A stretch of 63,854 nucleotides of DNA, filler included, from an uncultured Methanosarcinales archaeon (GTDB lineage: Archaea; Nanobdellota; Nanobdellia; Woesearchaeales; CAZKBD01): assembly GCA_964550945.1 (NCBI GenBank). It is 9 parts of 9 records of this genome, joined end to end, with 100 filler letters (N's around TTAATTAATTAA, not from the genome) between each part and the next. Parts side by side here need not be neighbours in the genome. Positions count along the whole stretch, not along the records: positions 1 to 7,298 come from CAZKBD010000084.1; positions 7,399 to 14,645 come from CAZKBD010000085.1; 7 more parts are not named here. One strand, given 5' to 3'. How positions within the stretch are numbered: the first letter of the stretch is position 1; the number at the start of each line of letters is the position of its first letter. Made by a program: the position numbers and the translations under genes. A model generated the notes under the pieces. The model made no database searches and was not told where the DNA came from. It saw only the letters and a list, made by a program, of their open reading frames with translations. Shown here piece by piece: positions 1-8,565 of this stretch.

Positions 1-208
1 TTGCTCCTGTCAATCCAGAGCCATCGCCATAGAAATTTGTTGCATTAACATCTCCATCAACAGCTAAATCCCCTGCTTTTGCTGTAATATTCTCTGCCAT
101 GGCTAGAGCTATCGCTAGGTTAAATGCTAAAATTAGTGAGAAAACAAGCTTTAATGATTGGTTATGGAAAATATCTTTATTTTCCATATTTGATTTGTTT
201 TTTTCCAT
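1..208 (-). CDS. Secreted protein with tail-fibre-like repeat motif, 3'-truncated by the window edge
   Basis: Not in the ORF track. ATG at 206-208 with GAGGTG SD at 214-219. Translates MEKNKSNMENKDIFHNQSLKLVFSLILAFNLAIALAMAENITAKAGDLAVDGDVNATNFYGDGSGLTGA: signal peptide plus a FxGDGSxLT motif. Confidence 0.7.
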   Translation of the reverse strand, partial: MEKNKSNMENKDIFHNQSLKLVFSLILAFNLAIALAMAENITAKAGDLAVDGDVNATNFYGDGSGLTGA

Positions 209-226
209 TTTTACACCTCACGCAGC

Positions 227-274
227 GAAAATCCTCTGGATTTTCTGGCGTAAAAAACTAAAAAGTTTTTTACG
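227..274. terminator. Two adjacent perfect hairpins at the 3' end of the giant surface-protein gene
   Basis: GAAAATCC-tct-GGATTTTC (227-245) and CGTAAAAAACT-aaaa-AGTTTTTTACG (249-274). The second is also at 57363-57388. Function unknown. Confidence 0.5.
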
Positions 275-3200
275 GATTTCCGTTTTCTATCAAATTACCT
301 ATTAAGCACAAATCCCCATTTCCATCAATATAACTTACAATTGTATTTGATTCATCTTTGACAAGGAACGAGTCTCCTGTTGGATTGTTACAGTTATTGC
401 TTTGATCTGAACAATCTCCTGTTTCTATGCAGAGATTACCATTTGAATCTATATGAGCAACTTCATTTCCAGAAGAGTCTTTGAAAATATATGAATTATC
501 CGGAGCTGTGCATGCTCCTCCTGAGCTGCAAGTGCCTTTAAGAACAATATTGCCATAATCACCTAACCATGCTACAGTTCCTCCTGTAGTGTTTTGGATT
601 ACGAATTTGTTTGGGTCTGAAAGGTTAGCTTTTCCAAAAGGATGCCAATCAATGCCATTGCCATCGCCAGAAATATTATAAATCTTATAATAAAAAGGAT
701 AGCCTGGGTTGTTTTTAAAATCACTCCAATAATTACCTATTGTGCTGAGATTCCATCTATTATTGTTAGATGCGACTTCAAGAGAGTTATTGACATTATT
801 TGTAAAATTATTATTCCAGATGGTGTTATTACTTGAGCCAAAAAAGTGTAGCCCAAGATTACTGTTTCCAATGAAATAATTTCCAGTAAATGTATTGTTA
901 AAATTTAATTCTGAGAGTATACCAGCAAGACTATTGTTGTGGATAGTATTATTAACCAGAACATTTCCTGAAGCATACATAAAAAGTAGAATCCCGGGGC
1001 TGTTGTTGTACAGGGTATTTCTAATTAGGTTATTAAAGCTGCTGTTATCCAACAATATTCCATAGTCAAAACCAGATATATTACAATTTCTGATAGTAAC
1101 ATGCGATTTATCCTCAAGCAAAATGCCAGAATCATCAGTTCCATAGCTGTCACCTGTAATTAAATGACCATTGCAGTCAATGGTTATGTTATTTGCTCCA
1201 ATAATGAGGCCATCACCAGTGCAGTTTAGGAGGTCTTCTTCTAATACAAATCCAGTTGTTATCGTAGCTCCGCAACCAACTACAAAATTACAGCTTGAAT
1301 TACAATTGCCGGTGCCTGCAGTTAAACCATTGCATGCAACATCTGCAGTACATCCGTCTCCTGATTGCAATGAATTAGCAGATATGCATATATTATTTGT
1401 ATCTTCTGCTGTAGCAATGGACCCGCAGTCATCTTGAAAATAAGTTTGTCCTGATTTGTTGCAATAATTTATTGTACCTTGTGGAGCTATACCATCGCAT
1501 TGTGGAGTTGTGCATAAACAGCCTGATTCAGTGCATTCAAATACGGAGGTTATATCCTGATAATTGCATACGCTGCTGCACTCATCCTCGTAATAAGAAG
1601 TCCCTACACATTTATCTAAGTCTGTACCTGGAACTTTTTCATCGCAATCAGCAATTCCATTATTAGTTGAGTATTCGCAATAGCTTGTCTCCTGTCCATC
1701 AAAATAGGTGTTGTAAGGAGTAAAGCACCAGTTGTCATCTGCTAATCCAATTCCATCATTATCACAATAGTTTGACTGGCATTCATCATTTAAAGTACAA
1801 GATCCGCCATCTGATTTGCGGCTTGTATTAAGAGTGAAGTTATAGCTGGCTGAAATATTAGTTCCATCCTTGTTTTTCAAAATAATATTATTCTCGTCAG
1901 TTGCTGTAGCATAAGCCCTATAAGTTCCATTACCATGAGAGTTTGTTGAAGTATTCCACGTATTTGGATTCCAGATAGAGTCAAATTTCAGCTGATTAGC
2001 TACTCCTGGTTCAATCCTTTGAGGGCTGGTATCATCAACCCTAACAGATTCATCTATCCAGCTATTTCCGTTCCAGAACTGCACTTTCATTAAGAGATAA
2101 ACAGAAGTGTTTGTTGTTTCATCATTTCTTAGCTTTGATTCTGTATCTTCTTCGCCAGCAAAGTATTCTTCACGCGTTATATTAGTGTAGTTGCAGTCAA
2201 ATTGTATATCATGGCTTCCATTCCAGTAAACTTTCAAGCCATCTTTGCAATTAACTTGTATAGGATCTGTAAGGGCTGGATTGAATATGCCTAATTTTTC
2301 ATGTACATTCCATAGATTGTTTGCCCTGGCAGGATATATAGAAAAAGAAGCATTATCTTTGAATTCCAGCAAATCAGTTGCATTGAAGGTCAAATAGTTA
2401 ATTAATTCATCTTTGTTTTGGTTTATTGTATTATTCCCTTCAAATTTAATCTCTCTTCCTCTAATATAGAAATAGCCTGTACCGCTTGGATTGCCACCAC
2501 AGTCAGTAGTGACTGGACCGCACTTCCCCGGATTTACAGTAAAATTATTCCACTGTCTAAAAGTGATAATAGAGCCGTTAATTAAGATTTCAGCATCTTC
2601 TCCTCTTCGGCCATTGCTTAATCCAGATTGAGCATCTGCACCGTAAGCATACAAATTAACCCCTTCTTTAAAATCTATATTACCTCCTGCAAAAATAGAT
2701 ATATTCCCTCCTCCCTTGTCTTCTCCATCAATTCCCTGCGCTATTAAACTTGTTTCGGGGCCTATCTCTATGTTTTTGGGTGTTCTTATCTCTATCTTGC
2801 CTAATCTATACGTAGTTACCTCACTCCATAGGGTGTTATGGTTCTTTATGTAGATGTCTTCGTTGCTGTATAAAGACACATAAGCGTAATAATCATCCCC
2901 ATAAGCGTTATCATAACTTTTCAAGGTAGAGTTAGTAATCTCTATAATCCCTGTGGAGGTTATTGTTATGTTTGGAGTAGCTGTTGCTGTAACCTGTAGA
3001 TTAGAATTATTTATCCTAACCCAGCCAGTATTGTTTATCTGCAACAGGCTATTTGTGTCCCCTGTTAGTGTGGCATTGTCAATAAACACATTCTTAGCAT
3101 CATAAATATAATTTCCTGTAAAGCTCCCATCTTCGCAGTAAACAGTAGTTGCATCAGAAGTGCAACCAGTAATATTAACTCCGGGGTCTAGCTCTAAATA

Positions 3201-5522
3201 GCCTATTAGGGTGTCTTTATTTAGAATAGAAATATTATATTCATAAACACCAGAAGCTGCAAGGTCTCTATGGTATGGTTTAAATCTTAGTTTATTAAAA
3301 TCATTTATTTTGAAATCATTTGTATAGTAATAAAAATTATTGCCATTCTCTTTTTTAGTCAAATTAAACCAAACCCACTTTTCACCGTCAAAATATTCAA
3401 CAGAAGTGAATAAATCATCTTCGCTAACTATTCCTAATCTTACAGAAGAAGCTAACAATCCAGCTTTTTTAGTTAATTCCAAGCTTTGTTCTTCACCAGC
3501 TTTAACTATAAAAGGATAAGCGTTAAGTTTTGCAAAGTTATTTTCAACAGTTATATTATCTCCATTAACATGCTCCTTACTGATATCTGCATATTTTGTT
3601 TTTGACTTATCAACTTCAACAATATCAGGCTGGCCTAATCTGACAGTAACAGCAGGTGGGTCTGTTATGTTAACCAATTTATTGTCAACGTAAGAATTGT
3701 TTAAAGTTTTTATGTTGATGTACAAGTTAACGTACATTTCAAATGTTCCTGAAGCAGAATCGGTTAATCCGGTTGAATCGTTTGCATAAACTGTATATGT
3801 GTAAGTTCCATTTGTGAAGTCTGTAAAATTATACTTCCATAAATCTCCGCTTGCGTAATTCATTGTGTGGTTTGTTTGCTGCTCGTTTGGAGGGGTTATG
3901 CCGACTAAAACTGTGTCAATATCACTAGTTCCATTGATGTCAGTTATATTAGCTGTGATTGTTACATTCTCTCCAAATCCTTGAGGTGAAGGTGAGGCTG
4001 ATAAAGAATTTATGTTTAATTGGGGAACAAGAGTGAATGTATTGCTTACGTTACTACCAGTATTAACCCCATCAGTAGCAAGAACTTTAATCATATAATT
4101 AGTGCCTCCATCAAAATCATCTGGATTTAGTTCGTAATAAGTTTGATTTAGGTCTATATCTAAAGTAGTATAATAGACATTGTCACCATCTGCGTCTGTT
4201 GCATTCCATGTGATGTTGAATTTACTTTGGAGATTTTCACCGCCTTGAGGGTAAGTTATGTTTATAGAAGGGGTGTTGGGGGTGACATTTCTTTGCGTTA
4301 AAGAAGCGTTATTTGATTGGTTAATAAAATTAAAAGTGGTTGCATTTTCATTATAAAGCATGACAAATACAAAAGGCATTTCATTAATTTCAGTAAGTTC
4401 TCCCCCGTCTCCTGTAATAAAATAATCTATTACTCTAGATAACAGATTAAGAACTACACCACCAATCCCTTTTTGTTCTATTTTTAATACAGTTACGTTT
4501 GCGGGTGCAGACACTATAGTTTCATTAACATAACACCCCCCTTTAACAATGTAAAAATTATCTAAAGTTGTATTGAAAGACTTGTTTATATTTCCAGAAA
4601 CAATAATCAACTCTTTATCAGTACAAATAACTTCTCCTGTTCCATTCAGTTCAGAGAGTAGATGTGAATAAGTTTGATTATTTACCCACCTTCTTTTATC
4701 TGAAGTTTTGTTTGGACGACTGCCATACATATTAACAGCGTAGTTAACTCCTTGATCTTTAAAATAGATATCTATAATTAGGTCTTGATTTTCAACTGGG
4801 CAACCTTTAAGACCAGATACACCATAAGTGTTTATACATTCGGAGTCTAATAAGCCGTCCTCATTTTTATCTCCATTAGGACACCCTAATCCACTACTAG
4901 AAGTTTTGTTGTCATCTCTTATCCGGAAATCTGAAAGATTATATTCATCACAAAGACCATAAGTATGCCCAACCTCATGTGCGCCTGAAGCTTCTTTATT
5001 ATCCCCTGCTCCTGTTTCTTCTGTAACAATCACTACCTGTGTAGAAGTGCCTCCACATGCAAACCCAGCCATACCACTTGCATATTTATTTGATGATGCT
5101 CCTGAGATAATTCCAATTACTTTACTGGTATTCATAGAAGAAACTCCAACCTTCCTTGCCAAATCCTTAACCAAAGAACAATTTGCTTTACTTTTATCGA
5201 TTTCTATAAAATCACTTTCTTCTCTAACAAAAAAAGGAGTTTCATCTCTAATAGGGTAAACATTTGAAATAAACTCTGTTTGATCACTAACTAAAGAATC
5301 ATAACCATCCACATCATCTGATTCATCCTCTGCATAATGAACAAAAGAGAAACTAAGAACTTCTGTTTCAACTACATCAATACTTATATTCATAACATTG
5401 TTGGACTGATTGCTATCAGTTAAAGCATAGGATATTGAAATATTTATAAAAAATAAAAAAGCTAAGTATATCCCAAATTTACATACTTTCTTATTTGTTA
5501 GTGCCTTATGTATAACATTCAT
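270..5522 (-). CDS. Giant secreted multidomain surface protein, copy A (zinc metallopeptidase, Ig-like, Cys-rich, right-handed beta-helix, C-terminal triple repeat)
   Basis: 1750 aa. Signal peptide; HEVGHTYGLCDEY zinc motif; YPQGGE and QGFGENVT Ig-like modules; NosD/CASH-like repeats ending GNYWSD; many N-x-S/T sequons. Confidence 0.85.
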   Translation of the reverse strand: MNVIHKALTNKKVCKFGIYLAFLFFINISISYALTDSNQSNNVMNISIDVVETEVLSFSFVHYAEDESDDVDGYDSLVSDQTEFISNVYPIRDETPFFVREESDFIEIDKSKANCSLVKDLARKVGVSSMNTSKVIGIISGASSNKYASGMAGFACGGTSTQVVIVTEETGAGDNKEASGAHEVGHTYGLCDEYNLSDFRIRDDNKTSSSGLGCPNGDKNEDGLLDSECINTYGVSGLKGCPVENQDLIIDIYFKDQGVNYAVNMYGSRPNKTSDKRRWVNNQTYSHLLSELNGTGEVICTDKELIIVSGNINKSFNTTLDNFYIVKGGCYVNETIVSAPANVTVLKIEQKGIGGVVLNLLSRVIDYFITGDGGELTEINEMPFVFVMLYNENATTFNFINQSNNASLTQRNVTPNTPSINITYPQGGENLQSKFNITWNATDADGDNVYYTTLDIDLNQTYYELNPDDFDGGTNYMIKVLATDGVNTGSNVSNTFTLVPQLNINSLSASPSPQGFGENVTITANITDINGTSDIDTVLVGITPPNEQQTNHTMNYASGDLWKYNFTDFTNGTYTYTVYANDSTGLTDSASGTFEMYVNLYINIKTLNNSYVDNKLVNITDPPAVTVRLGQPDIVEVDKSKTKYADISKEHVNGDNITVENNFAKLNAYPFIVKAGEEQSLELTKKAGLLASSVRLGIVSEDDLFTSVEYFDGEKWVWFNLTKKENGNNFYYYTNDFKINDFNKLRFKPYHRDLAASGVYEYNISILNKDTLIGYLELDPGVNITGCTSDATTVYCEDGSFTGNYIYDAKNVFIDNATLTGDTNSLLQINNTGWVRINNSNLQVTATATPNITITSTGIIEITNSTLKSYDNAYGDDYYAYVSLYSNEDIYIKNHNTLWSEVTTYRLGKIEIRTPKNIEIGPETSLIAQGIDGEDKGGGNISIFAGGNIDFKEGVNLYAYGADAQSGLSNGRRGEDAEILINGSIITFRQWNNFTVNPGKCGPVTTDCGGNPSGTGYFYIRGREIKFEGNNTINQNKDELINYLTFNATDLLEFKDNASFSIYPARANNLWNVHEKLGIFNPALTDPIQVNCKDGLKVYWNGSHDIQFDCNYTNITREEYFAGEEDTESKLRNDETTNTSVYLLMKVQFWNGNSWIDESVRVDDTSPQRIEPGVANQLKFDSIWNPNTWNTSTNSHGNGTYRAYATATDENNIILKNKDGTNISASYNFTLNTSRKSDGGSCTLNDECQSNYCDNDGIGLADDNWCFTPYNTYFDGQETSYCEYSTNNGIADCDEKVPGTDLDKCVGTSYYEDECSSVCNYQDITSVFECTESGCLCTTPQCDGIAPQGTINYCNKSGQTYFQDDCGSIATAEDTNNICISANSLQSGDGCTADVACNGLTAGTGNCNSSCNFVVGCGATITTGFVLEEDLLNCTGDGLIIGANNITIDCNGHLITGDSYGTDDSGILLEDKSHVTIRNCNISGFDYGILLDNSSFNNLIRNTLYNNSPGILLFMYASGNVLVNNTIHNNSLAGILSELNFNNTFTGNYFIGNSNLGLHFFGSSNNTIWNNNFTNNVNNSLEVASNNNRWNLSTIGNYWSDFKNNPGYPFYYKIYNISGDGNGIDWHPFGKANLSDPNKFVIQNTTGGTVAWLGDYGNIVLKGTCSSGGACTAPDNSYIFKDSSGNEVAHIDSNGNLCIETGDCSDQSNNCNNPTGDSFLVKDESNTIVSYIDGNGDLCLIGNLIENGNP

Positions 5523-6363
5523 TTTTCAAATGTTCATCCTCAATTTTTGTACATGCAGAAGTATCATTAGTTAATCCAACGTATGCTAGAACACATAAGT
5601 CTTTACCTTGTTGATAGTTGATAATTTCACAACTTTCAAACTGTTTTCTACTGATACTACTTATGCAATAATCATAGTTTGGGATGCCCTCATCTCCAAT
5701 AAAAACAACACCCGATACATATGAGCATAATTTAGGCCCACATAATGGAACCTCTCTGACATCAACAATTTTTACGTAACCCTCTTGACAAACGCAATTT
5801 GGAATGCTATTACGACCAAAGCAATACAGAGGATCATTCATGATTAGTGGCTCAATATTTTCTTTCTTAATAAATGAAACGTTGACTTCTGACGTTGACA
5901 AGTGAAGTTGAATCCCATCAATAATATTTTCAGTAGATTCATATTTAATCTCACATTTATTGTTTTTGCAGATAGCTATAGCTTTTCTAATCTTATCTAT
6001 ATTACATTCGATGAACTCAAAATAAGGCGATCTTGGACAACCGTGCCACTTAGGATCGGTAAACTCAGTTTCAGTTTCAAAATCACAATTATCTTCTCTC
6101 CAAACTTTATTTTTTTCGATAGTCTTAGTATTAAATACGAAAATTCCACACTGACTTTCACAACACATGTTAATATCATGCGTCGTAATAAGACAATCTG
6201 CATCTTTTTCGCAATAATACAAATCAAGATCAATACCCTCCTCTGTAACATTCGTATTTTCTTTTCCATTATTTGTACAGCCAACAATAGTTAAGAACGA
6301 CAAAAGTAAGACTAAAACTAACAAACTCTTCTTATTCATTTTTTGTAATCTTTTATTTTTCAC
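5506..6363 (-). CDS. Cys-rich lipoprotein-like exported protein
   Basis: 285 aa. Basic N-terminus, hydrophobic stretch, IVGC lipobox-like site, about 20 Cys. Overlaps the start of the downstream gene. Confidence 0.75.
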   Translation of the reverse strand: MKNKRLQKMNKKSLLVLVLLLSFLTIVGCTNNGKENTNVTEEGIDLDLYYCEKDADCLITTHDINMCCESQCGIFVFNTKTIEKNKVWREDNCDFETETEFTDPKWHGCPRSPYFEFIECNIDKIRKAIAICKNNKCEIKYESTENIIDGIQLHLSTSEVNVSFIKKENIEPLIMNDPLYCFGRNSIPNCVCQEGYVKIVDVREVPLCGPKLCSYVSGVVFIGDEGIPNYDYCISSISRKQFESCEIINYQQGKDLCVLAYVGLTNDTSACTKIEDEHLKNECYT

Positions 6364-6397
6364 TTTTATTCATCTCCTAATAGTTTTTTATTTATTT

Positions 6398-7298
6398 TCA
6401 ATTCACAATTGTAACATTCGCACTTATTATCTTACTACTTCCAGCTGTATCTGGTTTAAAACTAAAATCAAAAGTTTCATTAGCTCCATTAGCAATAAAT
6501 AAAGTAGCATTTGTAGGATCATAAGGCGTTAAAGGACTTCCATCAAAAGTAACATTAACTTGTCCTGTAGCATTTAATGGGCCATAATTGTGAACAATAA
6601 CTCTAACATAACCTGACTTTCCTTTAACCATATTCACATTAGGGATAACCTGTATAGGTGTTACTTCTAATATTGCTAAATCTGTACTATATGCACAAGG
6701 GCTAGGAATAGAGCCAGTTGAGATGTTTATTTCCTGATCATCTAAGCTAGTATCACAAGTCTGGCCAGAAGGGCAGGATGTTGATTTATAAGGTACCCAT
6801 AGGTCAGTTCCATACCTTCCTTGATAATCAAAAGTAGTTGTTCCAGTGCAATGCGCTCTTTTTTTGTCTATTACATAGCCTGGAGACTCATCTGCTTCAT
6901 AACCCTGATTACTTGCTCCGTTATCACAATCGATAAAGCTAACTAGAGAAACACTATAACTACGAACATTTGAAGTGGCTAAGCTGTGGTTTTTTTCAGT
7001 TCCTGTTGTGCAATTATATCCCGGTAAACATATGCCCTCTGGACAATGCTCTGCACATACAGAATAAAAAGAATAACCATCATCACTTAGCCCATAAAGA
7101 GATTGGCTGTAATTTATGCAACTTTCATAAACAGCCAACAGTTCATAGTAGCATTCTGTATAATTTACACTTCCTTCTAGAGTAACATAATCATAGCACT
7201 CTGCATCTAGATAATAAGGAGGCTCTCCTAAGTAGGTCTTTAACATTCCATTTATCCATGTTATCCCATCAGTTGTTGAAGAGCCTTCTTCGCTGAAA
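6398..7298 (-). CDS. Cys-rich surface protein ending in an incomplete CARDB/Ig-like domain, copy A (5'-truncated)
   Basis: The frame stays open from the listed Met (7246) to the contig end (FSEEGSSTTDGITWINGM). The C-terminus DLAILEV...VHNYG...VNVTFDG...FDFSFKP...ISANV resembles CARDB without its last strand. Confidence 0.75.
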
Positions 7299-7398
7299 NN
7301 NNNNNNNNNNNNNNNNNNNNNNNNNNNNNNNNNNNNNNNNNNTTAATTAATTAANNNNNNNNNNNNNNNNNNNNNNNNNNNNNNNNNNNNNNNNNNNN
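7299..7398. other. Artificial contig linker (also 14646-14745, 21891-21990, 28995-29094, 36079-36178, 43149-43248, 50216-50315, 57262-57361)
   Basis: Identical N44-TTAATTAATTAA-N44 with stops in all six frames. Segment lengths fall monotonically (7298, 7247, 7145, 7004, 6984, 6970, 6967, 6946, 6493). Confidence 0.98.
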
Positions 7399-8481
7399 TA
7401 TAAAGATGTTAAAGAAAAGTTAAAAGAATTGGTTCCGGCTTTGTTTAATGCTATTCCTTGCGGTGTTGGCTCTAAAGGAAAATTAAGATTGAATGCTAAT
7501 GAATTGGATGAGGTTTTGGTTGGTGGCTGTGAATGGGCTGTTGAAAAGGGTTATGGCATAAAAGAAGATATAAGACAGATGGAAGAAAATGGAAAAATGG
7601 AAGGAGCAGACCCATCAAAGGTGTTTGACTTGGCAAAGAAAAGAGGAGGCCCACAATTAGGAACGTTAGGAGCTGGAAACCATTTCTTGGAGATCCAGAA
7701 AGTAACAGATGTTTTTGATGAGCACAAGGCTAAAGAATGGAAAATTAGTGATAAAGACCAAGTTTTGATAATGCTGCATTGCGGAAGCAGAGGTTTAGGG
7801 CATCAGGTTGCTACAGACTATTTGAAGATACAAGAAGAAGCTGTGAAAAAATATAAGATATGGCTACCAGATAGGCAATTGGCTTGCGCTCCTGCAAAAT
7901 CAAAAGAAGCCCAGGATTATTTTGCAGCAATGAAATGCGCTGTTAATTATTCGTTTACTAACAGGTTAGTTATGACGCAATGGATAAGGGAAACTTTTGA
8001 GAAAATTTTCAAAAAAGAGTGGGAATCAATGGGTATGAATACTGTATATGGGATCTGCCATAATGTAGTAAAAGAAGAAGAGCATATTGTTAATGGTGAA
8101 AAAAAGATGTTATTTGTGCATAGGAAAGGAGCTACAAGAAGCTTTCCTGATATTCCTGTATTGTTGGCTGGTTCGATGGGAACATCTTCTTACATTTTGA
8201 AAGGAAGTGAAACTGCTATGGAAAAAACATTTGGAAGCTCTGCTCATGGCGCAGGAAGAGCAATGTCAAGGCATGGCGCATTAAGGCAGATGAGCGGCAA
8301 TGATGTGCAAAGAAAGCTTGCTGAAAAAGGAATTGTAAGCAAAGCGCCTTCACCAAAGAGTTTGGCAGAAGAAGCGCCAGAAGCATACAAAGATGTTGAA
8401 GAAGTGATAAATACAGTTCATGGCTCTGGGATCTCTTTGAAGGTAATCAGGATGGAGCCAATTGGTGTTTTGAAAGGGTGA
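7399..8481 (+). CDS. rtcB: tRNA-splicing ligase RtcB (5'-truncated)
   Basis: GTLGAGNHFLEIQ, HCGSRGLGH, CHN, VHRKGATR, HGAGR and EEAPEAYKD motifs. Frame open from the contig start. Confidence 0.96.
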   Translation, partial: YKDVKEKLKELVPALFNAIPCGVGSKGKLRLNANELDEVLVGGCEWAVEKGYGIKEDIRQMEENGKMEGADPSKVFDLAKKRGGPQLGTLGAGNHFLEIQKVTDVFDEHKAKEWKISDKDQVLIMLHCGSRGLGHQVATDYLKIQEEAVKKYKIWLPDRQLACAPAKSKEAQDYFAAMKCAVNYSFTNRLVMTQWIRETFEKIFKKEWESMGMNTVYGICHNVVKEEEHIVNGEKKMLFVHRKGATRSFPDIPVLLAGSMGTSSYILKGSETAMEKTFGSSAHGAGRAMSRHGALRQMSGNDVQRKLAEKGIVSKAPSPKSLAEEAPEAYKDVEEVINTVHGSGISLKVIRMEPIGVLKG

Positions 8482-8565
8482 TGGATTACTAATCATCTAC
8501 AAATGCTCCCTAAACAACTGTCAACAGCACCATAAAGCTAAAATTAGATAATACTGGATCTACGT

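Noticed and set aside
227..620. Diversity-generating retroelement target (two similar 3' ends plus hairpin)
   Set aside because: No reverse transcriptase in the window. The A/B differences I compared include many synonymous changes at all bases and an indel, not adenine-specific substitutions. No C-type lectin motif.
7299..7398. Recurring TTAATTAATTAA palindrome about every 7 kb
   Set aside because: Artificial six-frame-stop linker inside N runs. Adjacency across linkers has no biological meaning, since contigs are ordered by length.
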